Assembly (NCBI GenBank): GCA_048938445.1
Contig: JBHLME010000040.1
Coordinates: 1-34,691 of the forward strand
Reading direction: 5' to 3'
Source of the DNA: Promethearchaeota archaeon
Lineage (GTDB): Archaea > Asgardarchaeota > Lokiarchaeia > Sigyniarchaeales > SOKP01
DNA: 34,691 nt
In this document: positions 1 to 9,827 of the stretch, piece after piece
Numbering within the stretch: the first letter of the stretch is position 1
Layout of the letters: every line of letters starts with the position of its first letter
The notes under the pieces: generated by a model
Databases searched by the model: none
What the model was told of the DNA's origin: nothing
What the model saw: only the letters and a program-made list of their open reading frames with translations
Program-made: the position numbers and the translations under genes

Positions 1-353
1 CCTAATGATTTAAAAATATGAATTGAACTAGGAAATTCCCCAGTTGGATATAAAATTTCGCCCTTTTTTAATAAACGAGAGATAGTGTTTATACCAGATG
101 AAGTGTTAATCAAAAATGCAACTTCATTTAAATTACAATTCAAGTAATCAGCAACCATTTGTCTTGCTTTATCTAATTCTAAAAAATATTCATCCCAAAA
201 AATATCTCCATTAGTATGCAGATCTTGAAAATATTTAATTCCGGCGTCATATGCTGCTTTACTCATAGGAGAACCACCAGCGGCTTTTAAATGTATTGAA
301 TTTTCAAATAATGGAAATTGTTCCTTTCGAATTTCATCCCAATTAATATCCAT
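1..353 (-). CDS. Aminotransferase class V / cysteine desulfurase-like PLP enzyme, N-terminal part (runs off window)
   Basis: Not in ORF track; translated manually from ATG at 353: MDINWDEIRKEQFPLFENSIHLKAAGGSPMSK...ARQMVADYLNCNLNEVAFLINTSSG...EFPS. This is the typical NifS/SufS-like N-terminus (R..FP, AR..VA..L, E+AF..NTS, EFPS). Confidence 0.8.
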   Translation of the reverse strand, partial: MDINWDEIRKEQFPLFENSIHLKAAGGSPMSKAAYDAGIKYFQDLHTNGDIFWDEYFLELDKARQMVADYLNCNLNEVAFLINTSSGINTISRLLKKGEILYPTGEFPSSIHIFKSL

Positions 354-384
354 TTACATTATCACTTTGTTTTTTAATAAAAAA

Positions 385-984
385 TTAACTATAATCCCCT
401 TTTAAAATAAAAATGGCCATCCTACTAAAAAAATTTGGAAACCTTTCAGCTAAATTCATTCTTTTTTTAGGGAGATATACTTTTTTGAAAATTTCGAATT
501 TATTAAAATTGCATAGCATCAGAAACTTATTAACAGTAAGAATTTGCTGTTTTCCACCACTATTAAATCTATTTTTCATTGTATCTCCTCTATTTAGAGA
601 ACCACTTAATAGAAATGAGATTCTATTTTTCCAATATGCTAAATTTTCAAAGCTAATTATGCATTTCTTTCCAACTCTTAACATTTCTTGGATTAAGAAA
701 GCGGGTTTAGATATATGTTCTAATGTTTGGCTTAAAATGACGTAATCAAATGATTTATCTTGAAAATCCCTGAGTCCTTCATCTAGGTCTTCTTGCACAA
801 CGGAGATACCATATTCTAAACATTTCTTAATCGATTCAAGGGAAATTTCTATACCCAATCCATCTATTTTTTTCGAATCAATTAATTCTTTAAGTAATTC
901 ACCATTTCCACAACCTAAATCTAAAACTTTACTATTTGGTTTTATTAATTCAGAAATTATTTGAAGGTCCTCTCTTTTTAACAT
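385..984 (-). CDS. metW: Methionine biosynthesis protein MetW (SAM-dependent methyltransferase fold)
   Basis: VLDLGCGNGELL, DLDEGL.DF.DKSFDYVILSQTL, EMLRVGK motifs; directly downstream of metX. Confidence 0.88.
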   Translation of the reverse strand: MLKREDLQIISELIKPNSKVLDLGCGNGELLKELIDSKKIDGLGIEISLESIKKCLEYGISVVQEDLDEGLRDFQDKSFDYVILSQTLEHISKPAFLIQEMLRVGKKCIISFENLAYWKNRISFLLSGSLNRGDTMKNRFNSGGKQQILTVNKFLMLCNFNKFEIFKKVYLPKKRMNLAERFPNFFSRMAIFILKGDYS

Positions 985-1013
985 AAAATTTTTCCTCTAA
1001 CGTATGTAAGTAA

Positions 1014-2135
1014 TTAATATTCAATACTATTTAGAAAATTTGATACTAAAACTCGTAAGTCTTCGCAATCTATTAAAAATGAGTCATGTCCATAATTAAT
1101 ATTAATTTCAGCAAAACTCACTTTTACATTATTTGATTTTAAAGCAAATACGATTTCTTTTGCTTGAGAAGTTGGATATAACCAGTCAGATGTAAATGAT
1201 ATGATTAAGAGTTTTGAATTTTTAAGATGAGCAAAAGTCTTAAATAAACTTCCAAACTTTCTTAAATCAAAATAATCTATCGCTTTTGTTATGTATAAAT
1301 ATGAATTCGCATCAAATCGCTTGGTAAATGCCGTGCCTTTGTACTGCAAATAACTTTCGACTTGAAATTCTTCTGTAAATTGAAATATTAATTCAGGATT
1401 ATGTTGAAGACTTCGACCAAACTTTTTCTTCATTGATTCTTCACTTAAATAAGTTATATGTCCAATTTGTCTAGCTAGTCGTAATCCCTTATCAGGGGGA
1501 TAACCTGTGTAATAATTACCCTTATTCCAATTTGGATCAGAATAAATAGCTTGTCTTTGAACCTCATTAAATGCAATATTAAAAGTTGTAGCATAAGCGG
1601 CGGTTGCCATAGGTATTATTGATTCAGTGATTTCGGGATAACTTACAGCCCAATCTAATGCTTGCATTCCACCCATACTTCCACCTGAAACGGCTAAAAT
1701 TTTTTCAACACCGAGATGATCAACCAATAATTTGATAGATTTAACGATATCATGAATTGTAATTATGGGAAAATCAAGTCGGTATTGTTTTCTTGTTTGG
1801 GGATTAATAGATGATGGACCTGTTGAACCATAACAGCTTCCTAAAATATTAGCACAAATTATAAAATACTTGTTCGTGTCAAAAGGTTTGTTTGGTCCAA
1901 CCATCTCATCCCACCAACCCCCTATCTTGCTATTATCATTGTATACATGTGAACTTCCAGATAACGCATGAAAAATTATAATAGCATTATTTTTTAAAGT
2001 ATTTAATTTACCGTATATCTCATAAGCTAAAGTAAATTTAGGTAAAAATTTGCCTGATTCAAGTTCAAATCGATCATTCCAACGGAAATACTTTAGATTG
2101 GGTATTTTTTTTAAAATCTCATCAAATAATTTAAT
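1014..2135 (-). CDS. metX: Homoserine O-acetyltransferase MetX (start extended upstream of ORF track; non-canonical start codon)
   Basis: GGSMGG nucleophile elbow, RFDANSY, GHDSFL catalytic His. The frame stays open upstream of 1904 through LESGKFLP..LAYEIYG.LN..NAIIIFHALSG...GWWD up to a TGA at 2136-2138 that lies inside an AGGTGA SD. Confidence 0.9.
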   Translation of the reverse strand: MKLFDEILKKIPNLKYFRWNDRFELESGKFLPKFTLAYEIYGKLNTLKNNAIIIFHALSGSSHVYNDNSKIGGWWDEMVGPNKPFDTNKYFIICANILGSCYGSTGPSSINPQTRKQYRLDFPIITIHDIVKSIKLLVDHLGVEKILAVSGGSMGGMQALDWAVSYPEITESIIPMATAAYATTFNIAFNEVQRQAIYSDPNWNKGNYYTGYPPDKGLRLARQIGHITYLSEESMKKKFGRSLQHNPELIFQFTEEFQVESYLQYKGTAFTKRFDANSYLYITKAIDYFDLRKFGSLFKTFAHLKNSKLLIISFTSDWLYPTSQAKEIVFALKSNNVKVSFAEININYGHDSFLIDCEDLRVLVSNFLNSIEY

Positions 2136-2163
2136 TCACCTGACTTTCTTCTATATCTAAGTT

Positions 2164-2181
2164 GTAATTTAATTAAATTAC
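2164..2181. promoter_or_regulatory. Perfect 18-bp palindrome GTAATTTAATTAAATTAC between cysK and metX
   Basis: Exact self-complementary sequence about 25 bp upstream of the metX SD; AT-rich, so chance is not excluded. Confidence 0.35.
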
Positions 2182-2220
2182 TAATAATTTATCCTCTTAT
2201 AATAATTAAAAAAAAAGAAT

Positions 2221-3150
2221 TTATGCTTCAAATAAATCTGTTGATAAATATCTTTCTCCCGTATCTGGCAATATTACTACAAGATTTTGCCCTTTTTCAA
2301 ATTCGAGAGCAGCATTATATAAAGTTGCCCAAGCAGCTGCTCCAGAAGATATACCGACAAAGATTCCTTCTAATTTAGCTAATTTTCTTGAAGTTTCAAC
2401 AGCATCGTTATATTCTACTTTAATGACTTTATCATAGATGTGTGTATTTAATACATCGGGGACAAATCCCGCACCGATTCCTTGAATTTTATGAGGACCA
2501 GGATTTCCTCCAGATAATACAGGGGAATCATTTGGTTCCACCGCATAAATTTTCACATGCGAACCAACTTTTTTCTTTAAGACTTCACCAACTCCAGTAA
2601 TTGTACCGCCTGTTCCAATTCCTGCTACTACTCCGTCAACCTTTCCATCGAGATCTCTTAGAATTTCTTCTGCTGTTGTTTTTCGATGGACTTCTGGGTT
2701 AGCGATGTTTTTAAACTGTTGAGGGATAAAAACATTTTTTCCTTCATTACCTAACTCTTCAGCTTTTTCAATCGCACCTTTCATTCCTCCAGAAGCAGGA
2801 GTTAATATCAACTCCGCGCCATATGCTTTCAATATCTTTCTCCTCTCTAAGGACATGCTTTCCGGCATTGTTAAAATGAGTTTGTATCCCTTAGCTGCGC
2901 AAACTAAAGCTAATCCTATACCTGTATTCCCTGATGTTGGTTCTACAATGACAGAATCTCTATTTATTATACCTTCTTCCTCAGCTTTTTCTATCATTGC
3001 TAAACCAATTCGATCCTTAACACTCGCTCCGGGATTAAATGCTTCTATTTTAGCATATATATTTGGTTCAATACCTTCGGTGATTCGATTTAACTTGACT
3101 AATGGGGTGTTAAATATTGTTTCAGATATGTTATTATATATTTTTCCCAA
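2221..3150 (-). CDS. cysK: Cysteine synthase A (O-acetylserine sulfhydrylase)
   Basis: [14 protein letters not shown]-lysine motif, [33 protein letters not shown]. Start is most likely TTG 3150 (GGTGA SD 5 nt upstream) or ATG 3162, not TTG 3198, which is too close to the TATA box. Confidence 0.95.
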   Translation of the reverse strand: MGKIYNNISETIFNTPLVKLNRITEGIEPNIYAKIEAFNPGASVKDRIGLAMIEKAEEEGIINRDSVIVEPTSGNTGIGLALVCAAKGYKLILTMPESMSLERRKILKAYGAELILTPASGGMKGAIEKAEELGNEGKNVFIPQQFKNIANPEVHRKTTAEEILRDLDGKVDGVVAGIGTGGTITGVGEVLKKKVGSHVKIYAVEPNDSPVLSGGNPGPHKIQGIGAGFVPDVLNTHIYDKVIKVEYNDAVETSRKLAKLEGIFVGISSGAAAWATLYNAALEFEKGQNLVVILPDTGERYLSTDLFEA

Positions 3151-3200
3151 TTTATTCACCATTTTATTGTTGATTATCTTGAGTGATATAGTCGTCAATA

Positions 3201-3230
3201 TATTTATAAATAAAACTGCAAATTTTGCAC
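3201..3230 (-). promoter_or_regulatory. Putative cysK promoter: TATA (TTTATAAA) plus adjacent palindrome TGCAAAATTTGCA
   Basis: TATA at 3203-3210 on minus strand; inverted repeat at 3217-3229. Confidence 0.4.
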
Positions 3231-3301
3231 TGACTTCAAAAAAATATGATTTATTGTTGAAATCAAATAAAGTATTATTTTCAATGAGAGGTAGTAATAA
3301 T

Positions 3302-3715
3302 TTAAATTTGGAATGATAATTTATTTTGAATTCTTTTATCTTCTTGCACTAAATTCTCTATATTTTTTTCAAATAACTTCTGAAATTTAGATTCAACTTC
3401 TTTCCAAAATCCTTGAAGTACTATAGAATTTTTTGAATAATCCAATAAAGAAATAGTTCCTTCAATTCCTCTCAAAATGTCAATAACTTTAATTTTTCTA
3501 GCAGGTTTAGCCAACTTATATCCTCCTTGAGCACCTCTCATACTTTCGACCAATCCCGCTCTTTTAAGATTAATCAATAATTTTTCTAGAAATTTTTGAG
3601 GTATATTTTGAGCGTCAGCGATTTCTTTTATCTGAATATACCCCTTAAACTCATTTTTAGCTAATTCAAAAATTGCAGAAAGAGCATAATTAATCTTTTC
3701 AGAAAACACTCTCAT
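3302..3715 (-). CDS. Rrf2-family transcriptional regulator, cysteine-free CymR-like
   Basis: YAL.AI.ELA, EIA..Q.IP..FLE, GLVES.RGAQGGY.LA motifs; no Fe-S cysteines; ends in FQI; lies between cysE and cysK. Confidence 0.88.
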   Translation of the reverse strand: MRVFSEKINYALSAIFELAKNEFKGYIQIKEIADAQNIPQKFLEKLLINLKRAGLVESMRGAQGGYKLAKPARKIKVIDILRGIEGTISLLDYSKNSIVLQGFWKEVESKFQKLFEKNIENLVQEDKRIQNKLSFQI

Positions 3716-3792
3716 CTTAATATAATATGATTCATTAATTCTTATATTTATGATAATAGCAGGATAAAATTTAAATATAAACTTAAAATTTA

Positions 3793-4626
3793 TTAAATTC
3801 CACCACCATATTCACCAAAATAAATTTCAATTTCATCATTTCCATGATCTTCATTATTAAGTAATTTATCTTCAAGAAATTTAATTCTTGAGTTTAAAGT
3901 AGCAATAGTAATTGATAAAGGATCTGGTAAGTCTCCATGGGCTAAATCAATTTTTTTTATTTTATCTCCTTCCCTCGATATGATTTTTCCAGGTACGCCA
4001 ACAACTACAGAATTTGGAGGAACATCATTAACAACAACAGAATTTGCTCCAACTTTTACGTTATCTCCTATTGTGATTGGACCTAATAATTTCGCACCAG
4101 TACCTATAACAACGTTATTACCTATTGTTGGGTGTCGTTTTTTTTGCTCTAAAGATACTCCACCTAACACTACACCTGCATATAACGTGACATTATTTCC
4201 AATTTCTGCCGTCTCACCAATCACAACTCCCGCACCATGATCAATAAAGAAATCACTACCAATTTCGGCTCCAGGATGGATTTCAATTCCGGTCATCTCT
4301 CGAGCAATATCTGAAAGGTATCTTGGAATAAAAGGCATTCCGATTTTAGAGAAAAAATGTGCAATCCGATGAATAAGAACTGCTTTAATACCAGGATAAC
4401 TCGTGAGAACTTCTAGAAGCGTGTTCGCGGCGGGATCTTTATGAAATGCAGCACTTACATCAGATATAAAAAAATCTAAAATTCTTTGTAGATTCTTATC
4501 TAATTGTTCATGATCTAATTCCGTTGCTCTATAATCTAAATCTAAAATGCATTCTGCGCAATAAGGATGTCCATTTTTTCCACCTAAATCCTTACCACAA
4601 TTTAAGCAATGTAAAAATTTTTCCAT
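3793..4626 (-). CDS. cysE: Serine O-acetyltransferase with N-terminal CxxC..CxxC extension
   Basis: [39 protein letters not shown] hexapeptide-repeat motifs. Confidence 0.93.
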   Translation of the reverse strand: MEKFLHCLNCGKDLGGKNGHPYCAECILDLDYRATELDHEQLDKNLQRILDFFISDVSAAFHKDPAANTLLEVLTSYPGIKAVLIHRIAHFFSKIGMPFIPRYLSDIAREMTGIEIHPGAEIGSDFFIDHGAGVVIGETAEIGNNVTLYAGVVLGGVSLEQKKRHPTIGNNVVIGTGAKLLGPITIGDNVKVGANSVVVNDVPPNSVVVGVPGKIISREGDKIKKIDLAHGDLPDPLSITIATLNSRIKFLEDKLLNNEDHGNDEIEIYFGEYGGGI

Positions 4627-4873
4627 TTTTTATTACCAATATTTTCTTCTTATATTTGTCATATATACATGAGTTAACAACGTTTATAATTTCAAATATT
4701 TTTTCTTAATAAAACATAAGATTTCTTACATGTTTACTTATACTGAAGGTTAAATTTTAATAATTTTTTTTATGAATAATTTATCCACAAGCTTGAATTC
4801 CAAAAAACAATTTATTTCTTATAAAATAAATGTCCAAAATCTGAAATTAAATGAATAAAAATTTTGATATTAT

Positions 4874-5494
4874 TTATATTGTCTGTAAAGAAAGTCCTAT
4901 GTGCTTAGAAATCAAAGATTTTAAATCAGAATATTCATAGGCAACAGGAAATTCAGGATATTTCTTTATCAGATTATTTGGAGGTCGAAATAATATCCCT
5001 AATTCTGCTTCTTGAAGCATTTCTAGATCATTATATGAATCACCTATAGCTATTATTTCATAATTCAAATCTTTAAATGCTTGAATAGTTTTTAATTTCA
5101 TACAATCTAATCTTAGACAGTATTTCGAAATAATATTACATTCATCAACTTCTAGATTGTGGCAAAAAGCCGTAGGATATCCAAGTTTTTTCATAATTGG
5201 TTTAATAAATTCTATATAATTATCGGTAACAATTACTACTTGAAAAATAGATCGTAACCAATCTGAAAATTCTTTTGCGCCTGGTAAAAGATTTATATCT
5301 TTGATAATATTTTGGATATCAGTTAGTGTAATATTGTGTTTTTTAAGTAATGATAATCGTATATCCATTAATTTATTGAAGTCAGGTACATCTCTAGTAG
5401 TTAACATTAATTCTTTTATTCCTGTCCCTTTTGAAACAGATACCCATATTTCAGGAGAAAATACACCTTCAAGATCAACACATATAAGATACAT
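4874..5494 (-). CDS. thrH: Phosphoserine phosphatase/homoserine phosphotransferase (HAD family)
   Basis: DLEGVF.PEIW, TTRDVPDF..LM..R, GDSYND..ML..A..GILF.PP motifs. Confidence 0.88.
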   Translation of the reverse strand: MYLICVDLEGVFSPEIWVSVSKGTGIKELMLTTRDVPDFNKLMDIRLSLLKKHNITLTDIQNIIKDINLLPGAKEFSDWLRSIFQVVIVTDNYIEFIKPIMKKLGYPTAFCHNLEVDECNIISKYCLRLDCMKLKTIQAFKDLNYEIIAIGDSYNDLEMLQEAELGILFRPPNNLIKKYPEFPVAYEYSDLKSLISKHIGLSLQTI

Positions 5495-5690
5495 AACATT
5501 AAATTAGAATAATTCGATAAGAATTTTATATTTACAATTTATAAAAATTAGAACCGAATTTATTACATTTTTTAAGTCTCTTGAATATTTTTTTTACACT
5601 TCAATTAATTATTCTTTTTCTCAATACTTTTCAAGTGAAGAATGTATTTTTAGAATTATAACTATAGTTACAATTTTCCAATATGATTTA

Positions 5691-6371
5691 CTACTGATTA
5701 TTATTTTCATTTCTTAGCTGTCTTATTAACTTAAGATCTAATTCTCGCTCAGCAGTAATTTTTTGAATCATATCAGCTAATTCATTGATCATTTCACCAG
5801 GTATACCACATAAAAGCACGTTATCATCATATTCAGCATAAACTCTGGAACCTGTACATAGAAATGAAAAATTAATTTGTTGCCTTTTGATTACAAAAGC
5901 CGTTACATCACTACAAACTCCCGAAAGTGTACCCAATTCTATGAGCAAAGGTTTTTGAAACAATTTTGTATAAGCTTCGGTTATATCCATACAATTTCTT
6001 GGTGTTACTATCAATAAAACACAATCCACTTTTAGATCATCATACTTATTAGCGGGAAATAATAAAATATTTTCCAGACCTTTAAATTTTAATCGATTAT
6101 CAAACTCAATTTTTTCTGGTTCTTTTAATCCTAACATAATTTCACCGGTCACACAGGAAAAACTTCCTCTTTTCAATTTCAAGAATTCTCCTTTCGAGGC
6201 ACGTTTTACATATTCACAATATCTTTGGAGGTTGGTGACTTCTTTAAATTTTTCATATTTTTTTTCATGGATTTCATATTTAAATAATAATTTTATCCCG
6301 ACGGGGTCAGATCCCAATTTTAAAGAAAATTTTAATTTCTCAAAATTATTCATAAAGAAAATAAACCTCAT
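5691..6371 (-). CDS. DUF169-family protein
   Basis: PVGIK, RYCEYV..A..G, SC..G...LG, GVCSD, SFLC.GSR, LCGIP cysteine pattern; start may be ATG 6353. Confidence 0.7.
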   Translation of the reverse strand: MRFIFFMNNFEKLKFSLKLGSDPVGIKLLFKYEIHEKKYEKFKEVTNLQRYCEYVKRASKGEFLKLKRGSFSCVTGEIMLGLKEPEKIEFDNRLKFKGLENILLFPANKYDDLKVDCVLLIVTPRNCMDITEAYTKLFQKPLLIELGTLSGVCSDVTAFVIKRQQINFSFLCTGSRVYAEYDDNVLLCGIPGEMINELADMIQKITAERELDLKLIRQLRNENNNQ

Positions 6372-7381
6372 ATCGCATGTGCTTTAAAATATAAATCCTC
6401 TCTTCTTTTTACAACTAATATATTTGGAGGATCTGTTTTTTTTCTTCTAAAACTAATATTACCTTCATTTTCTATGAGATCTGAGTATCTCAAAGTTAAT
6501 TCCGCCGCAAATTTTAAAACATCTATATTATCTGTGCTCTTTACAACAGTTGTAGGCCCATTAACATCCATTGCTTCCATTATTATATCGTCATAGTTTT
6601 TTAATTGACTGAGGATTTTATTTTCGGCTTCATTTCTTCCTACAATAATTTTTAAACCATTATATCGAAAGTGTCTACCATATTTTAATATAGATACATC
6701 ATCCATCAATAAATCTTGATTGTGGTGTAAAAAATCCCTCATTCTCCTCGAAAAATTCTTATCCGTTAATAAACATCCTCCACAAGCATAATAATTTTCC
6801 AATAATCCATATTTCCTCGCTAATTCTAATTGAACCTTTCTACTACGCCCATTTATACCTTCTAATCTATCTCTATCTATTAATCCTTGTTGTTCCCATT
6901 CAGTAGGTTTTAATAATTTTGCGGATAATGGTCTAAGGAGTTTTCCCTCAAGTTCAGCTTCTTTTTCTACTATGTTAAGCGCCTTTAAAGTTTGAGATTT
7001 TGGTCTCTGATTAAGAACTTCTCCTGTAAATAAAAAATCTGCTTTAACTTGCTTTGCAAATATCTTGGCTTTTTTTAAAATATAAATTCTACAATCAATA
7101 CAAGGATTAAGATTTTTTCCATATCCAAACTTGGGTTGACGAATGATATCTAAATAATCATCTTCCTTTGGTAAAGAATAAATTTTCAATCCCAACTTGG
7201 TATAAAAAACATTGAGTCCACATTCAGAATTACTATAAATTTTATTGCATAAACAGAAAGGTGATGTGAAATTTAATCCAATTACATTAATATTTTGCAT
7301 CTGCATTAATTTGCAGGCAATTAAACTGTCCAAGCCTCCAGAAACTAATCCCAATCCTATTAATTTTTTTTTTTGACGCAT
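6368..7381 (-). CDS. PP-loop tRNA thiouridylase-like protein (ThiI/MnmA-like catalytic domain + C-terminal NFACT-R/DUF814-type domain)
   Basis: SGGLDS PP-loop, GYGKNLNPCIDCRI, TGEVL.QRP.SQ, GGCLLTD, GRHFR, VGRNE.EN. Confidence 0.8.
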   Translation of the reverse strand: MRQKKKLIGLGLVSGGLDSLIACKLMQMQNINVIGLNFTSPFCLCNKIYSNSECGLNVFYTKLGLKIYSLPKEDDYLDIIRQPKFGYGKNLNPCIDCRIYILKKAKIFAKQVKADFLFTGEVLNQRPKSQTLKALNIVEKEAELEGKLLRPLSAKLLKPTEWEQQGLIDRDRLEGINGRSRKVQLELARKYGLLENYYACGGCLLTDKNFSRRMRDFLHHNQDLLMDDVSILKYGRHFRYNGLKIIVGRNEAENKILSQLKNYDDIIMEAMDVNGPTTVVKSTDNIDVLKFAAELTLRYSDLIENEGNISFRRKKTDPPNILVVKRREDLYFKAHAI

Positions 7382-7398
7382 TTTTTATTAGTTCATCA

Positions 7399-7647
7399 TT
7401 AAATTTTTTTAATTTTTAAGATCCAGGTCTTCTTATCTTCGTCTAATTCTTTAATTTCGATAATTTCACCTATATTTTGGCGTTTACAGCTTGCTGGTAT
7501 ATTTTCGACTGCAGCAGGAAAATCCAACATTACTTCTAATATCTCTCCTTTGTCCATTTTTTCTAAATTTAATTTAGTATAAACAAAAGTCATCGGACAT
7601 ACTTTTCCTCTTATGTCTAATTTCTTTACATTCATATTATCATTCAT
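7399..7647 (-). CDS. tusA: Sulfur carrier TusA/SirA family protein (copy 1)
   Basis: LDIRGKVCPMTFV motif; start ATG 7647 (overlapping moeB stop) or 7635. Confidence 0.85.
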   Translation of the reverse strand: MNDNMNVKKLDIRGKVCPMTFVYTKLNLEKMDKGEILEVMLDFPAAVENIPASCKRQNIGEIIEIKELDEDKKTWILKIKKI

Positions 7648-8449
7648 GACATGCATCTCCAATCTTATAATCATAAGTATTTATTAAATCCACAGGATTT
7701 TCTCCACAAGCCTGACAATTTTCATTTCGAATAACCTTAATAAAACTAAAATGATAATTTAAGAAATCTACCATCAACATTCGATTTACAATTAAATCAC
7801 CTATATCTAGAATATATTTTATAACTTCATTCGCTTGAATACATCCAATCGCACCAGGGATCAATCCTATGACACCTGCTTGTGAGCAAGACATTGATTG
7901 TGTATTTTCTGAAATGTCACCAAAAATGCATCTATAACAAGTTGTTTTTTTTTGAGGAATGACTGTTAAAACTTGACCATTGAATCTTAAAACACCAGCA
8001 ATGGTAAATGGAATGCCAAGATGAACGCAAGCATCATTAATCAATAATTTTGTGGGTAAATTATCTGATCCATCTATTACAAAATCAGAATTTTTGAGAA
8101 CTTCTTTGACATTACTTGATGTTAATATATCATTAACGATTTGAATTTTAATATCGGGATTAAGTTGGGAAAGTTTCTCGTAAGCACTTTGAGTTTTCAT
8201 TTTATTAATATCTGAAGTATAGTGTAAAATTTGCCTTTGTAAATTCGATAAATCCACTCTATCAAAATCGACAAGTTTTATGTTGCCAATACCTGCAGCA
8301 GTCAGGTAATATGTTAAGGGAGAGCCAAGACCTCCACACCCTATTACTGTGATTTTAGAATCAAGCAATTTTTTTTGACCAATACCACCAACTTCTTTTA
8401 GAACTATTTGCCGAGAATACCTTTCGATTTGTTCTTCTGTAAAATCCAT
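7640..8449 (-). CDS. moeB: MoeB/ThiF/UbaA E1-like adenylyltransferase
   Basis: ERYSRQI, GCGGLG, D.VDLSNLQRQ, CYRC, SC..AGV, C..CG. Start corrected to ATG 8449 (MDFTEEQIERYSR). No rhodanese domain. Confidence 0.9.
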   Translation of the reverse strand: MDFTEEQIERYSRQIVLKEVGGIGQKKLLDSKITVIGCGGLGSPLTYYLTAAGIGNIKLVDFDRVDLSNLQRQILHYTSDINKMKTQSAYEKLSQLNPDIKIQIVNDILTSSNVKEVLKNSDFVIDGSDNLPTKLLINDACVHLGIPFTIAGVLRFNGQVLTVIPQKKTTCYRCIFGDISENTQSMSCSQAGVIGLIPGAIGCIQANEVIKYILDIGDLIVNRMLMVDFLNYHFSFIKVIRNENCQACGENPVDLINTYDYKIGDACHE

Positions 8450-8484
8450 AATAATCACATAAAAAATATCACATTTTAATTTAG

Positions 8485-8510
8485 ATGTAAAAATTGCACA
8501 TATATTTAAA
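8485..8510 (-). promoter_or_regulatory. Putative moeB-operon promoter: TTTAAATA followed by ATGT-N9-ACAT imperfect palindrome
   Basis: Minus strand reads TTTAAATATATGTGCAATTTTTACAT, 35-60 bp upstream of the moeB ATG. Confidence 0.4.
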
Positions 8511-8722
8511 TTCGGAATTTTGTTCATAAAAATTAATCATTTTTAATAGATGAATGAAGTCATAATCGAATATATGATATTCCCTAATTTTTTTCGTCGT
8601 AAGAGGAGCTTCTTCAACCTTATCATATTATATCACTTTTATCTTTTATTGGATTAAGATTTCATTCAATACTCTTTCTTTAATATACGGATTATATTTC
8701 GAGATTTTACTTTTTTTATTTA

Positions 8723-9655
8723 TTAATAGTGCTCTTTTTCAGGATGTATTATTCTTATAAATTTAAAATTAAAGATATCTTCAATTTCGAGTTTTTTTTT
8801 AATATAATTTAACTCGTATAATGTTTGTACAAATTTCATTGTAGAGTTAATCATTGATTCTGAAAGAGCTATACAATATTTTGGAGATATTTCTAATACA
8901 GATTTAATATAATCTTGAGTTAAAACTTTAAAGGAAGATGAAATCAGTTTTGCTGCATTTAATGGGTTATTTTGAAGTAAAATGGATGCCGTTTTATGAT
9001 ATTTAAGAAATTTTAAAACAATTTCAGGAGACTCTTTTATTATATCTTCATGAAAAAAAATTCCATAACTTGGATTGTATGGCCACAATCTATCAGGTGG
9101 TATGATGATGCGTGTTTTTTGGATTGTTGAACTAAATATTGCTAATGATGGAGTTCCTACACCTCCATCTAATAATCCTTTCTTCATGTCTAATGCAATA
9201 AATTCAGCTTGTGGATAATTTTTTACTTCTACCTTATTAAGTAAATTATATTTTATTAAATAGTAATTTATTATTACATCATGAATAGATCCCTTACTTG
9301 GAACTCCAATTCTCTTACCTTTAAAATTTTTTAGAACATTTTTTAGATTTACATCATTATTATTGAGAGAATTATATGAATCCTTCGCTATCATTAAAGT
9401 TCCTTCAACATGTCCACCTGCTACACATTTAATGGGTATACCATTATCAATACCAATTATAGCAGGAGGTAATCCCATATATCCTATATCTAATTTACCA
9501 TCATTAAATGCTTTAATCATTGATGGTCCCGTTCCAAATAGAATCCATTTAACCAAATTATTAAATTCTGCTTGAAATTCTTTATTGCACATCAAAATAA
9601 AGTTAGTATGGTAAGCAGTTGATAGATGACCTATTCTTAGTTCTTGTTTTTTCAT
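8723..9655 (-). CDS. NMT1/SsuA-type periplasmic-binding-fold protein lacking a signal peptide
   Basis: LRIGHLST, F.TGP.M..AF..G.LDIGYMG.PP, KGKRIGVP..GSIHD motifs; no hydrophobic N-terminus; no permease or ATPase adjacent. Confidence 0.75.
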   Translation of the reverse strand: MKKQELRIGHLSTAYHTNFILMCNKEFQAEFNNLVKWILFGTGPSMIKAFNDGKLDIGYMGLPPAIIGIDNGIPIKCVAGGHVEGTLMIAKDSYNSLNNNDVNLKNVLKNFKGKRIGVPSKGSIHDVIINYYLIKYNLLNKVEVKNYPQAEFIALDMKKGLLDGGVGTPSLAIFSSTIQKTRIIIPPDRLWPYNPSYGIFFHEDIIKESPEIVLKFLKYHKTASILLQNNPLNAAKLISSSFKVLTQDYIKSVLEISPKYCIALSESMINSTMKFVQTLYELNYIKKKLEIEDIFNFKFIRIIHPEKEHY

Positions 9656-9827
9656 CAAAAACCATATTGAAAAAAATTATTAATTATATCTTTCTAAGGT
9701 TATGTACATATTTTTAATTAATATTTACACCTTTTTATTTTTTTTTGGACATAATTAAATATATATTTGTTCAGTAATTAATAAAGTACAAGGAATAATA
9801 TAAAAAAATCAATAAAGAGGAAGATTA

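Noticed and set aside
5514-5530. Third copy of the Lrp-like box upstream of thrH (minus ATAAAATTCTTATCGA)
   Set aside because: Palindrome broken in both arms; expected by chance in AT-rich DNA
8480-8625. Possible JAMM/MPN protease remnant upstream of moeB (minus frame ...EYHIFDYDFIHLLKMINFYEQNSEFKYMCNF)
   Set aside because: No start codon, no HSH motif, and it overlaps the likely moeB promoter; resemblance too weak
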